A stretch of 54,791 nt of DNA, from assembly GCA_046582565.1 (NCBI GenBank), contig JAYGED010000198.1, positions 1-54,791 of the forward strand, given 5' to 3'. The notes under the pieces were generated by a model. That model was not told where the DNA came from. It ran no database searches and saw only the letters and a program-made list of their open reading frames with translations. This DNA is from Alphaproteobacteria bacterium (GTDB lineage Bacteria; Pseudomonadota; Alphaproteobacteria; JAAXGF01). Shown here one piece after another: positions 1 to 9,510 of this stretch (positions within the stretch are counted from its first letter, which is position 1; every line of letters starts with the position of its first letter). The position numbers and the translations under genes were made by a program.

Positions 1-955
1 CCTGGTGAAGGGCGGCGGCGTTGCGCCACAGGGTCTTGCGATGAACGTCGCTGGTGGCGATCAGGTCGAGCGCCGTTCTGACCGAGGCGACGTTGGACGG
101 CGACGGCGATGCGGTGAACATGTAGGGCCGGCTCGACAGGCGCAACAACTCGAACTCGGGATGATTCGAGGCGGCGAACCCGCCGATGGCGCCGAGACTC
201 TTGCTGAAGGTGCCGACCACGAAATCGACCGCCTCCTCGATGCCGTCGCTCTCGGCATTGCCACGGCCGTGCTCCCCGTAGATACCCAGCGAATGGGCTT
301 CATCGACCATCATATAGGCGCCGTGCTTGGTCTTGACCTCGGCGAAATCTGCGAGCGGCGCAACATCGCCCATCATGCTGTAGACCCCCTCGACAACGAT
401 CAAACATCTGGCCGCGCCGCCAGGCACCCGGCCCAGTCTGCGATCGAGATCGGCCGCATCGTTATGCTTGAAGCGGACGATGTCGGCGCCGCTGAGCCGG
501 CAGCCGTCATAGATGCTGGCGTGGTTGTCGGCATCGATCAGCACCGTATCACCGGGCCCAAGAAGCCCGGCCAGCACCCCGAGGTTGGCCTGATAGCCGG
601 TGCTGAACACAATCGCCGATGAGCGCTGGAAGAATTTGGCTATCGCGGCCTCAAGGTCCTGGTGGAGGGCGTAGCTGCCGTTTGCGATGCGCGAGCCTGT
701 TGTGCCGGTTCCCTCGGCGGCGACGGCGGCCCGCGCCGCTTCCATGCAAGCCGGATCGAAGGTCAGGCCGAGATAGTTGTTGGTGCCGAACAGGATGACG
801 TCGCGCCCGTCGATAACCGCCTCGGTGGCCGATTTGACCCGGTCCATGCGCACATGGAAGGGGTTGACGCCGTCGCCGAGCAATTGTTCGCGGGTCTCGT
901 CGAGCGCGTTGAATTTATCGAACAGATCGCCGGAATTGTTCACGTATTTGTTCAC
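1..955 (-). CDS. spt: Serine palmitoyltransferase-like PLP-dependent alpha-oxoamine synthase; 3' end runs off the window
   Basis: Absent from the ORF track because there is no in-window stop. My minus-strand translation from GTG (955-953) reads VNKYVNNSGDLFDKFNALDETREQLL..FGTNNYLGLT..FSTGYQANLG..MVDEAHSLG..GTFSKSLG (PLP-lysine motif). GTGA overlap with the upstream ACP stop. Confidence 0.85.
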   Translation of the reverse strand, partial: MNKYVNNSGDLFDKFNALDETREQLLGDGVNPFHVRMDRVKSATEAVIDGRDVILFGTNNYLGLTFDPACMEAARAAVAAEGTGTTGSRIANGSYALHQDLEAAIAKFFQRSSAIVFSTGYQANLGVLAGLLGPGDTVLIDADNHASIYDGCRLSGADIVRFKHNDAADLDRRLGRVPGGAARCLIVVEGVYSMMGDVAPLADFAEVKTKHGAYMMVDEAHSLGIYGEHGRGNAESDGIEEAVDFVVGTFSKSLGAIGGFAASNHPEFELLRLSSRPYMFTASPSPSNVASVRTALDLIATSDVHRKTLWRNAAALHQ

Positions 956-1233
956 GGGGCTCCGCCCTCAGCCTGCGCGTCAATCATCCGTCTAACGATG
1001 TCTGAAAGATCGCCCACGGTGCGCACATCGGCAAGAAGATTGATCGGGATAGAAATTTCATAGGCGTCCTCGATATTCATCAGCAAATCGAGTATGGCCA
1101 CGGAATCGATATTGAGATCGGCGTTGATATCGGTGGCCTCGGTCAACTCGATACCGTTCTTGTTATACGGCACAAGCTGCTCACGGATTTGCTCAAATAC
1201 CTTCGTGGGATCGCCGATTATCGCTTCTGTCAC
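952..1233 (-). CDS. Dedicated acyl carrier protein
   Basis: 93 aa, acidic, with a phosphopantetheine-attachment motif LNIDSVAILDL. Lies between spt and the SDR gene, as in known bacterial ceramide clusters. Confidence 0.85.
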   Translation of the reverse strand: MTEAIIGDPTKVFEQIREQLVPYNKNGIELTEATDINADLNIDSVAILDLLMNIEDAYEISIPINLLADVRTVGDLSDIVRRMIDAQAEGGAP

Positions 1234-1326
1234 GGTTGTCTCTTGAAATGCATGAAGATCAATTACGAGGTTGTAACAAGTTCAACGGGGCGGGTTCAAC
1301 TCACAATTTGCAACAATCAGGTTTCA

Positions 1327-2367
1327 TTAATTCAGCCAGCCCTCGCAGCGATACCAGGCGATGGTCTGGGCGAAGCCCGCATCGAGGCTTATGCCGGGCG
1401 TCCAGTCGGTCAGCTCGGCGAGTGGGTTTTGGGCGCAAAGCCAGTCGGTGTGATAAAGCTCCCTGATCTTGTCCCGGGTCAGGTTCGGGGTCGCGCCGAA
1501 CAGGGCGCAGAACCCCTGGTTGATCGCGGCCAGCCCTTCCATCAGGACGCGCGGCGGGGCAAAGCGGGTCATCGGCCGGTCGAAACCGCGCCCCGCGGCG
1601 GCGGCGATATCGGCCCAACTGTAGCCTTCGGCGCAGCCGTCGCGCAGCTCGTATGTCTCGCCGACGCCAATCTCCGCCGCCAGCAGCGCCACCACCGCCC
1701 CGGCCAGGTCGGCGCCATGGATCAGTGATAACCGCGCCGCCGCGCCGCCCGGCAGCGGCGCCAGCCCGCGCTGGTAGAGCCGGAAGAAATCCAGGGTCGC
1801 CCGGTCACCGGGGCCATAAACGGCGGGCGGCCGCAACACGGTCCAGGCGAGCCCGTCGCCATGGCGGGCGAGGGCGCGCTCGCCGGCCCGCTTGCTCGCC
1901 GCGTAACGGGACAAGCCCTCCTCCCGCGCGGCCAGAGACGACATCAGAATGAATCGGGGCGGGGCCGTACAATCCGCGGCGACAGCGGCCAGGCGCGCCA
2001 CGCCGGCCTCGTTGACCGCATTGAACGCGGCCGCCGAAGCGGCGCGCACCAGCCCGGCACAATGAACCACCGCATCGGCGCCTTCGAGAAGGCGCTCGAG
2101 GCTTGGCCTGTCTTCAAGGCTGCCTTGGATGAGGGTGGCGAAATCCGGGCCCCGGCCGGGGCCCCGAACCAGGGCGCGGACGCGCCAGCCGTCGGCGTTG
2201 AGAAGACGCGCCACATGACCGCCGACGAAGCCGGTCGCGCCGGTTACGGCGACAGTGCCGAGGTCGGGCCTGGGATCAGTCAGCCGCGGCGAGGGAGGCA
2301 GATGTAGTTCGGGGGTTGCTGGGCTGAGTAACCAGCTCCGGCGCACATTGGGCGGGAGGATCCGCAT
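1327..2367 (-). CDS. NAD(P)-dependent epimerase/dehydratase-family SDR, candidate ceramide reductase (CerR-like); start uncertain (ATG 2367 or GTG 2346)
   Basis: Rossmann motif VAVTGATGFVGGHV near the N-terminus. Extended-SDR C-terminus. Sits between the ACP and the acyl-AMP ligase. Both candidate starts overlap the upstream gene. Confidence 0.7.
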   Translation of the reverse strand: MRILPPNVRRSWLLSPATPELHLPPSPRLTDPRPDLGTVAVTGATGFVGGHVARLLNADGWRVRALVRGPGRGPDFATLIQGSLEDRPSLERLLEGADAVVHCAGLVRAASAAAFNAVNEAGVARLAAVAADCTAPPRFILMSSLAAREEGLSRYAASKRAGERALARHGDGLAWTVLRPPAVYGPGDRATLDFFRLYQRGLAPLPGGAAARLSLIHGADLAGAVVALLAAEIGVGETYELRDGCAEGYSWADIAAAAGRGFDRPMTRFAPPRVLMEGLAAINQGFCALFGATPNLTRDKIRELYHTDWLCAQNPLAELTDWTPGISLDAGFAQTIAWYRCEGWLN

Positions 2368-4099
2368 AGCCGCCTTCGAGATATTTCGCCTTGACGGCGG
2401 AGCGGCTGAGCTTGCCCGACGAGGTATGGGGCAGGCTACGCGGCAGCGCCAAAACCACCTCGCAAGCGACACCGGCGGCGGCATGAACCGTCGCGGTGAT
2501 GGTGCGAATCATTTCGCGGCGCAGATTGGGATCAATCAGTCGACGGCCAAGAACGATAACCACGCGCTCGGCGCCGTCCCATCCGGTAACCGAGAACGCC
2601 GCCACATCGCCGGTGCGCACACCGGACAATTGTTCGAGCGCCCATTCGATATCCTGGGGCCAAATATTGCGCCCATGGCAGATGATCAGGTCTTTGATGC
2701 GTCCGGTGATCACCAGACTACCGTCGATCAGATAGCCCATGTCGCCGGTATTGAGCCAGCCGTCCTTCGAGATCGCCTGAGACGACATTTCCTCATCCTG
2801 GAAATAGCCGGTCATCACGCTCGGGCCCTTGATATGAACGGTGCCGATTTCACGGTCGGCAAGGGCCGCGCCCTGATCGTCGCGAATGGCGATCTGATGG
2901 TCCGGCATGGCCTGGCCGCAGAGCGTGAAGGGCCGCGTTTTGGGCACGGAAGCAGCATCCCCGTCGCATCCATTACTCTTGGCGGGTACGGCGCGCTGGT
3001 TCAGGGTGTATTGCGCCCGATCGATGCGATCCACCTCGATACCCTTATCGAGCGGCGCGAAACAAACCGCCAGGGTCGATTCCGCAAGCCCATAGCTGGC
3101 AACGAATGCAGAGCGGCGGAAGCCGGTGCTGGCGAAGGTGTCGTGGAACCGCTCAAGCACATCCGGGCGGATCATATCGCCGCCGATGCCGGCCGCCCGC
3201 CAGGCGGAAAGATCGAAGCTTTTCGCCGAGCCGTTCAGCGCCCGGCGCGAACAGAGGTCATAGCCCAGGGTCGGCCCGAACGACAAGGTGCCGCCGTTTG
3301 CGGTCAACACCTTGGGCCAGAGCAGAGGCCGGCGCACGAAATCCGAGGTTGCGATGAAGTCCATGGACATCTGGCAAAGCATGGGCGACAGGGCAAAGCC
3401 GACAAGCCCCATATCGTGATAGAGCGGCAACCAGGAAACGCCGCGGTCGCCGGGCCGCACGACCAGGCCGTGGCGGATGATGCAGCCCATGTTGCTGAGC
3501 GCCGCATGCTGGGAGATGGTCACACCGCGCGGGAAGCGGGTGCTGCCCGAGGAATATTGAATATAGCAAATATCGTCCGGACCGAACGGCCTGAGCTCGA
3601 CACCGTCTTCGGGAAGGGCGTTGAAATCCTCCGGCGTTCCGGCCATTTGCACGGCAAGGCCCTCGACAGCCTCCTCAAGAAAGCCTGAGAATTCGACCGG
3701 CGCCACGGCCGCCACCGCGCCGGCGCTCTCAATCATGCGCGCGATGCGCTGCACATAGGGATCGTGCCCGCCCAGGTTCATCGGCAAGGGGAGCGGCACG
3801 GGCACGAGGGCGGCATATTGACAGGCGTAGAAGAAGCACAGGAAATCGGGGCTGGTGTCGGCAATGATGGCCACCCGCCCGCCGGCGGGCAATCGTGCGC
3901 GAATGAAGCGCCGGGCCAGGGCGACCGCGCGCTCGCGTATCTCGCCGTAACTCAGGCTGACACCAAGCTCGCCGGCTGCGGTATAAAAATTAGTGCCGGT
4001 TTGGCCCCGGGCCGCGTAATCGAGCCCTTCGGTCAAGGTGTCAAACGTTGCGGGCTTCAGAGCCAGACGCAGATTGCTTGTCGGTGTCACTCCCGACAT
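2276..4099 (-). CDS. Fatty acyl-AMP ligase / acyl-CoA (acyl-ACP) synthetase family
   Basis: AMP-binding motifs YIQYSSGSTRFPRGV, TGDMGY and GRIKDLIICHGRNIWPQDIE. ATG at 4099 is preceded by GGAGA with an 8-nt spacer; the track ORF extends to 4192. Confidence 0.85.
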   Translation of the reverse strand: MSGVTPTSNLRLALKPATFDTLTEGLDYAARGQTGTNFYTAAGELGVSLSYGEIRERAVALARRFIRARLPAGGRVAIIADTSPDFLCFFYACQYAALVPVPLPLPMNLGGHDPYVQRIARMIESAGAVAAVAPVEFSGFLEEAVEGLAVQMAGTPEDFNALPEDGVELRPFGPDDICYIQYSSGSTRFPRGVTISQHAALSNMGCIIRHGLVVRPGDRGVSWLPLYHDMGLVGFALSPMLCQMSMDFIATSDFVRRPLLWPKVLTANGGTLSFGPTLGYDLCSRRALNGSAKSFDLSAWRAAGIGGDMIRPDVLERFHDTFASTGFRRSAFVASYGLAESTLAVCFAPLDKGIEVDRIDRAQYTLNQRAVPAKSNGCDGDAASVPKTRPFTLCGQAMPDHQIAIRDDQGAALADREIGTVHIKGPSVMTGYFQDEEMSSQAISKDGWLNTGDMGYLIDGSLVITGRIKDLIICHGRNIWPQDIEWALEQLSGVRTGDVAAFSVTGWDGAERVVIVLGRRLIDPNLRREMIRTITATVHAAAGVACEVVLALPRSLPHTSSGKLSRSAVKAKYLEGGYADPPAQCAPELVTQPSNPRTTSASLAAAD

Positions 4100-4239
4100 C
4101 ACATCAGTCTCCGAAAATTTCGGCAATGAGCCTGAACTGGCAATTCGACAAACCCCATACTCTAACTCGCCTCTGTTACTCAGCGTTGCCACCGAAAAAC
4201 CAACTCGCCCCGCGCCTCAAAAAGCTGCATGACCCCCAT

Positions 4240-4560
4240 CATGCCATGGCCGCCTTCCACCATGTTTCCAACCCGGATGAGACGTGCTCAGGAGTAACCT
4301 ATATTAACGGCAGAGACGCCTTTACCCAATCCCTTAGTATTTACATTGGACTCACGTATAAACAGCAATTACTCATCTAGAATCCGTAGCTTACACCAAG
4401 TATCAATCCTATTACCCGATGTTTTGCTCAATAGCTACCGTTTTACAACAGTTTCATGGGGTTTTCACGATCACAAAATGTTACTAACTGTCATATTGCG
4501 GGGTTTATACTTTACTGAATACATGGATATTTAAAATCCTGGCGGTGTTTTGGTAGCAAC
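4240..4560. other. AT-rich non-coding spacer inside the sphingolipid locus
   Basis: Hand count of 4381-4560 gives 68/180 G+C (about 38 percent), against 43/60 in the adjacent coding block 4621-4680. No convincing ORF. Confidence 0.6.
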
Positions 4561-4570
4561 GGCTACAAAA

Positions 4571-5368
4571 TCAAATATCGCCGCGCGTCCGGATAATATT
4601 TTCCACGAGTTTCATATGGGCGGGCGTGTCCACATCGATGGCCGCATCGGCAAACGGCATCGCCACCGCGGCGGCGGTCAGGCCGAGCCGTCGGGATGCA
4701 GCGGCGAACCCGGCCTCAAGCGTCGCCCCACCCGCCAGAAAACGCATGATGGCCAGCGCGCCAAAGCCCTTGAAAAGCCGCCAGGGATGCTTCCGATCCT
4801 GCTCGATCCGCCGCCAAAACGCCACCGCGTCCAGCGACCGCGGCGTCATGGCGGCAAACAGATTGCATCCCGTATAGCGCCCGCCGCGAAACCGTAGAAA
4901 GGTGCGCTGAGCGTCGGGATAGGCCTCGAGCACGACCGTGTCCGAGGCCAGCCCGACAGCGATATCGGCTTTGCTCTGTCGTGCCTGGCTGCAGAAATGA
5001 TCGACCATCTCGGCGCGCAACAAGGGCACATCCGAGGTCGTCACCAAGACCGGCCAGGGCTGCGCCAATGAGTCGATAGCCTGGGCGACGCTGAGGCTCG
5101 GCGACTCGGCGCTGTCGATCAGGGCGATGTCGTGCGCCTCGATCAAGGCGGCGATGTCGGGCGCCGCCATAAGTGCTGCGGGATCATCGATGCTGATCGC
5201 CAGGGCGCCGACGCTGCGGCTCGCCACAAGCGCACTGAGCACCCGGGCCAGCATGGCCTGGCCGCCCATAGGGACCAGGCCCTTGTGGCTGCATTGCCCC
5301 GCCGCCGCGACCGGATCGACGCCGTCGCGCCGGGCCGCCAACACCAGCGCGGTAAACCTCTCCGTCAC
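4571..5368 (-). CDS. MobA-like NTP-transferase family protein (nucleotidyltransferase)
   Basis: 265 aa. N-terminus ALVLAARRDG..HKGLVPMGGQAMLARVL resembles NTP_transf_3-type proteins. 4-nt overlap with the upstream GNAT-like gene. Confidence 0.5.
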   Translation of the reverse strand: MTERFTALVLAARRDGVDPVAAAGQCSHKGLVPMGGQAMLARVLSALVASRSVGALAISIDDPAALMAAPDIAALIEAHDIALIDSAESPSLSVAQAIDSLAQPWPVLVTTSDVPLLRAEMVDHFCSQARQSKADIAVGLASDTVVLEAYPDAQRTFLRFRGGRYTGCNLFAAMTPRSLDAVAFWRRIEQDRKHPWRLFKGFGALAIMRFLAGGATLEAGFAAASRRLGLTAAAVAMPFADAAIDVDTPAHMKLVENIIRTRGDI

Positions 5369-6516
5369 GCCAGGGCTTTTTCATAGATGCGATAGGTTTT
5401 GTATTGGCGCGCCCCGCAGACGTCGATAATCCGGCGCATGGGCAGGTTGCTCTCGAGCACCCAGGACAGTTCCGCATAGTCGAAGCCGGCGGCGGTAAGA
5501 TCGCGATAGATAGCATCGATCGCCGTGAAGGCGAGCGCCGCACCCAGGGAGCTGTCGTGGTATTTCCTGCGCACTCCCATGAGCACAACGCGCGCGCTGC
5601 GCATGCGGCCGACCTTCAAGCGCCACAACAGCTTGGCCCAACCGAACGGCAACAGGCGCCCGTCGAGATCGGCAATCGCCTCGTTCAGGTTGGGCAGGTT
5701 GACCGCCATCGCCGCCGGCACGCCCTCGACCTCGACGATGCTGACCAGCTGCTCGGAGATCAGCGGCTTTATGCTCTTCGCCAAATGCTTGATCTCGGCG
5801 GCGGTGAAGGGAACAAAGCCCCAATTGCCGGACCAGGCGTCATTGAAGATATCGAGAATGATTTCGAGCTCCGCCTGATAGCGCGACTTGTCGAGATGGC
5901 GCAGTTTGATCGAGTTGCCGCGCTGGGCCCGCTTGATAATCGCCAGGGGACCGGACGGCAAGGCCTGGCTGCGGTCGAAGCGGTAGGCGAACAGATCATT
6001 CGCCTTGCTATAGCCCTCGGCCTCGATGCGGCTTGCATAATAGGGCGGCGCATGGCCCATCATCATCGACGGCGGGCTGTCGAAGCCGTCGATCAGCAGG
6101 CCGGATTCATCGTTGATAGACAGGCTGAACGGCCCGCGCGCCGTAACCATGCCCCTGTCACGGAGCCAGCCCTCGGCGGCAGCGAACAGGCCCTTGAAGA
6201 CCGCCCCATCGTCGATGCCCTCGATGAAGCCGAAATTCCCGCAACCATCGTTATAGCGTTCGAGATAGTTGTGATCGAGCTGCGCGCTGATGCGCCCGAC
6301 CGGCCGGCCATCGCTGATCGCCAGCCAATAGGCGACCTCGGCATGATCGAAATAGGGATTGGATTTCGGATTGAGATGGTCGCGCCTCTCAAGCATCAGC
6401 GGCGCGACCCAATGGGGGTCATCGGCGTAGATGTCGAAAGGGACTCTGATGAAGCGGTCTATACCGGCACTGTCGCCGACCTGCTCGATGCGGAGATCAG
6501 TCACCGCCAGAGGCAT
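5365..6516 (-). CDS. GNAT-fold N-acyltransferase, candidate bacterial ceramide synthase (bCerS-like)
   Basis: About 383 aa from ATG 6516 (MPLAVTDLRIEQV..). Belongs to the roughly 390-aa alphaproteobacterial family I recall being mis-annotated as dATP pyrophosphohydrolase. Sits in the same locus as spt/ACP/SDR. Confidence 0.55.
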   Translation of the reverse strand: MPLAVTDLRIEQVGDSAGIDRFIRVPFDIYADDPHWVAPLMLERRDHLNPKSNPYFDHAEVAYWLAISDGRPVGRISAQLDHNYLERYNDGCGNFGFIEGIDDGAVFKGLFAAAEGWLRDRGMVTARGPFSLSINDESGLLIDGFDSPPSMMMGHAPPYYASRIEAEGYSKANDLFAYRFDRSQALPSGPLAIIKRAQRGNSIKLRHLDKSRYQAELEIILDIFNDAWSGNWGFVPFTAAEIKHLAKSIKPLISEQLVSIVEVEGVPAAMAVNLPNLNEAIADLDGRLLPFGWAKLLWRLKVGRMRSARVVLMGVRRKYHDSSLGAALAFTAIDAIYRDLTAAGFDYAELSWVLESNLPMRRIIDVCGARQYKTYRIYEKALA

Positions 6517-7255
6517 CGCTCGTTGCGCCGGGCGCAGTCGACAGCTCTTTGACCCAGGGGTAGCGCTCGCCTTCGGCCTCGTCATAGCCCAGGTTGAAGT
6601 TGGTGGCGCTGCGCGGGATGGCCTGGGCGTCGCCATAGAAGGTCCCCAGCACCCGGTCCCAGAAGAAATTCGTAATGCCGTAATTGCCCTGTTCGTTGTG
6701 GAAATGGTGCATCAGGTGGAGCTTCTTGATGCGCCCGATGAAGCGCCATTTCGGGGCATAGGAGAGATGCTGCATGCAATGGCAGAATTCATAGAAACAG
6801 GTCACCGCCATGCCCGTGCCGAATGCCGCGGCACTGCCCGCCGGCCCGGCCAGAAGCCAGCCGATCGGCAGGGTGACGGCGGCGATGGTCGGCAGGGTGG
6901 TATACAGCGCGCCGAACAGCACGCCGAGATCGTTGGGGTCCTGGTGGTGGTCGTAATGCACACGCTTCCACAGGGGTGCCGTCTGCGCATTCTTGTAGAG
7001 ATAACGGCCATGCAGAACGTAGCGATGCAGGAGATACCAGACCAGGGGATAGGCCATCGCTGCGATCACCATGGCCGCCGCCACACCCAACGCGCGGCCG
7101 TCCCACAGCGCCGCCACCAGACCAGCGGAGACCACCGCGAGCAGGGCATAGGCGCGAATCGCCGGATAGGCCACATAAGCGCGCAGCAGATCGCTCAGGG
7201 TCATCTTGTCGAGATAATGCTTGCGACCGTCCCACAGCTCGTTGCTGAAAAACAC
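6497..7255 (-). CDS. Fatty acid hydroxylase / sterol desaturase superfamily membrane enzyme
   Basis: Histidine boxes HRYVLH, HYDHHQDP and HLMHHFH. GTG 7255 is preceded by GGAGG with a 5-nt spacer; the track ORF extends to 7441, across the upstream gene. Confidence 0.75.
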   Translation of the reverse strand: MFFSNELWDGRKHYLDKMTLSDLLRAYVAYPAIRAYALLAVVSAGLVAALWDGRALGVAAAMVIAAMAYPLVWYLLHRYVLHGRYLYKNAQTAPLWKRVHYDHHQDPNDLGVLFGALYTTLPTIAAVTLPIGWLLAGPAGSAAAFGTGMAVTCFYEFCHCMQHLSYAPKWRFIGRIKKLHLMHHFHNEQGNYGITNFFWDRVLGTFYGDAQAIPRSATNFNLGYDEAEGERYPWVKELSTAPGATSDASGGD

Positions 7256-7328
7256 ATCCGCCTCCAAATACGCTCTAATTTCGCCGCGACAATAGCTTTT
7301 CGCCCCCCCACAAGGCAAGCCTTTGAAC

Positions 7329-8428
7329 TTAGCTATCTGACCACTTAGCGTCGGGCACGATGACAAGCTTACCAATGAAGTTTTTCGCCATGAAATCGGC
7401 CTGCGCCCGATGCAGGTCCGATAGCTTATAGACTCCGCCAACCATGGCCTTGAGCGTGCCGGACACGATATATTCGACCAGTCGATCGAAGTCGCCGCGA
7501 GTGCCTTGTGACGAGCCCTCCAGCCGCAGATGTTTCAAATAGACGGTGCGGAGGTCCATCTCGACAATCGGGCCGGCGATTGCGCCGCAGACTATATAAC
7601 GACCTTCCGGCCTCAGGATACGCAACAGATCGTTGAACAGGGATCCGGCAACCACATCAACGATGACATCGACCGCATGTCCCGTCAGGGCGCTCTGCAC
7701 AGCGTCAACCATATCCTCCGCGTCTTTAGCGATCACCGCTTCGGCGCCGATTTCGAGCAGCGCGCGTTCCTTATCAAGGCTCGACAGGGCATAAGGGATG
7801 GCGCCCCGCGCGCGGCATAGCTGGATCACAGCAGAGCCGACACCGCCTGAAGCTCCCGTAACAAGGAAACGCTCACCGGCACTGAGCGCGGCTCCAGCAT
7901 ATGCTCGCCCGTCATATAGGCGCAGCAGAAGGTGGCGAGCTCGATATCGGTCTTGTCCGTATCAACCAATCGGGCCTGATCGGCCGGAACCGTCGTAAAT
8001 TCGGCAAAACCGCCGTCACGGCCATTGCCGATACAATCCAGGTTCGCGCAATTCAGGTCCGCGCGCGCCCCATCTTCGGTGCGACCATTGTAGATGCTGA
8101 AATCCACCATCACGCGCTCCCCTATTCTGGCCTCGGATACGCCCGATCCGACGGCGGCGATACGGCCGACAATGTCCGCCCCCTGGATGCGTGGAAACGT
8201 CAGGGTGGACTCCCCGCGTTGAAATGAAGTTACCGCTCCCTCATCATCTTCCGCACCGTAGGCTCCCTCGCGGGTCCAGATATCGGTGTTGTTCACGCCA
8301 CAGGCGGTGACTTCGATCAGAACCTCGTCGACCGCCGGCTCTGGTACGTCGAGATCGGTGCGGTAGACCAGCTTATCTGGGCCGCCGATGCCGGTGAGGA
8401 TCATCCCGCACATGCTGTTCGCTATCAT
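7329..8428 (-). pseudogene. Zinc-type/MDR alcohol dehydrogenase or quinone oxidoreductase split by a 1-nt frameshift (or a sequencing error)
   Basis: ORFs 7826-8428 and 7329-7829 are the N- and C-terminal halves of one MDR enzyme. The cofactor motif AGERFLVTGASGGVGSAV is readable only in the downstream frame, upstream of 7829. The frame switch lies near 7885-7897. Confidence 0.7.
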
Positions 8429-8547
8429 TTTGTGCCTCCACTACGATCATGCGCCTCTGCGCGAACAGTCACGCTGATTTTTATGCTTGTCTAATATAAG
8501 TTTGGTCGTTTTTAATGCCAAAATTGGTATTAATTGAGAAAATCATC

Positions 8548-9459
8548 ATGGCCATAAATTTTCGCAATGGCCGCCTGTTTCTCGCAGTCGCCGAGGACTT
8601 GCATTTTTCAAGCGCAGCGCGCCGCATGAACATAGCTCAGCCGGCGCTCAGCAGGGCGATCCGCGCCTTGGAACAGGAACTTGGCGCCGATCTGTTCAAA
8701 CGAAGTACGCGAAATGTCGAACTGACTCAGGCGGGGCGGCTGTTTCAGAAGGACATTCTCATAGCAATTGAACACCTGGATATTGCCACGCAAGCTGCGC
8801 GCAACGCGGTGGCTGGCGAAGCCGGTTCGTTGGTTGTCGGCTACATGGACTTCGCCATCGAGGGCAAGTTTCCGGCAATACTCCGAGACTTCAGGTCCCG
8901 CTATTCGGCCGTTTCGATCGACTCGAAGGCCTCGTTCACCGAGCTCATCATTGACGATCTAGCTAACGGGAAAATCGATGTCGGATTCGTCGTCGGAACC
9001 ATCGAGCATGCGGGCCTCGCAAGCTTCGCTGTTCAGAGCGACCGCTTCGTCGCCGTCATACCCGAGGCGCATCCGTTGGCGTCAAAATCCAGCATCCGGT
9101 TGCGCGAGCTTGCGGGCGAACCCATGATTCTCGGGCGTCGCGAGACATGGGCGCCCTTTGTTGAGCGGGTCGAAGCCTTGTGCAAAAAAGCCGGGTTTTC
9201 CCCCAGGCTGGTGCAGGAGGCGGATACCACGGAGAGCATCTTTGCTTTCGTCGCTTCCGGCATCGGCACGACCCTCTATGTTGAGCGGGCTTTTAATTAT
9301 AACCCGCCCGGCGTGCGGGTGATTCCCCTCGAAGACGTGCCCACGACGATCCGTACCGAGGTGGCCTGGCGCGTCGATGACCAAAGCCGCCTGGTCAAGA
9401 ACTTCATCTCACTTTGTCGGAATTCGGCCATCCCCCTTCAAGACCTTCAGATGAGTTAA
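8548..9459 (+). CDS. LysR-family transcriptional regulator
   Basis: HTH region MAINFRNGRLFLAVAEDLHFSSAARRMNIAQPALSRAIRALE. Divergent from the dehydrogenase gene. Confidence 0.9.
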   Translation: MAINFRNGRLFLAVAEDLHFSSAARRMNIAQPALSRAIRALEQELGADLFKRSTRNVELTQAGRLFQKDILIAIEHLDIATQAARNAVAGEAGSLVVGYMDFAIEGKFPAILRDFRSRYSAVSIDSKASFTELIIDDLANGKIDVGFVVGTIEHAGLASFAVQSDRFVAVIPEAHPLASKSSIRLRELAGEPMILGRRETWAPFVERVEALCKKAGFSPRLVQEADTTESIFAFVASGIGTTLYVERAFNYNPPGVRVIPLEDVPTTIRTEVAWRVDDQSRLVKNFISLCRNSAIPLQDLQMS

Positions 9460-9510
9460 GCCAACCCCTTCGCTTGTGCCGGGCGGGGTGGGTGCGCTAC
9501 ATAGGGCGCG

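Noticed and set aside
2255-3688. 477-aa plus-strand ORF over the acyl-AMP ligase gene. The same applies to 5404-6552(+), 6431-7348(+), 15809-17032(+), 36226-37158(+), 9409-10305(-), 10638-11738(-), 11428-12336(-), 39505-40542(-), 27424-28266(-) and 5-622(+).
   Set aside because: All are antisense to ORFs with recognisable domain motifs. They have low-complexity R/G/A/P/H-rich translations and lack plausible ribosome-binding sites. I treated them as high-GC artefacts.
4346-4534. 62-aa ORF inside the AT-rich spacer
   Set aside because: It has no ribosome-binding site and no recognisable motif. ORFs of this length arise readily by chance, and nothing else supports coding. The region is kept as non-coding of unknown function.
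8429-8547. LysR T-N11-A operator in the divergent dehydrogenase/LysR promoter region
   Set aside because: Several T-N11-A spacings exist in this AT-rich spacer, but none shows a convincing dyad. It cannot be supported by eye.
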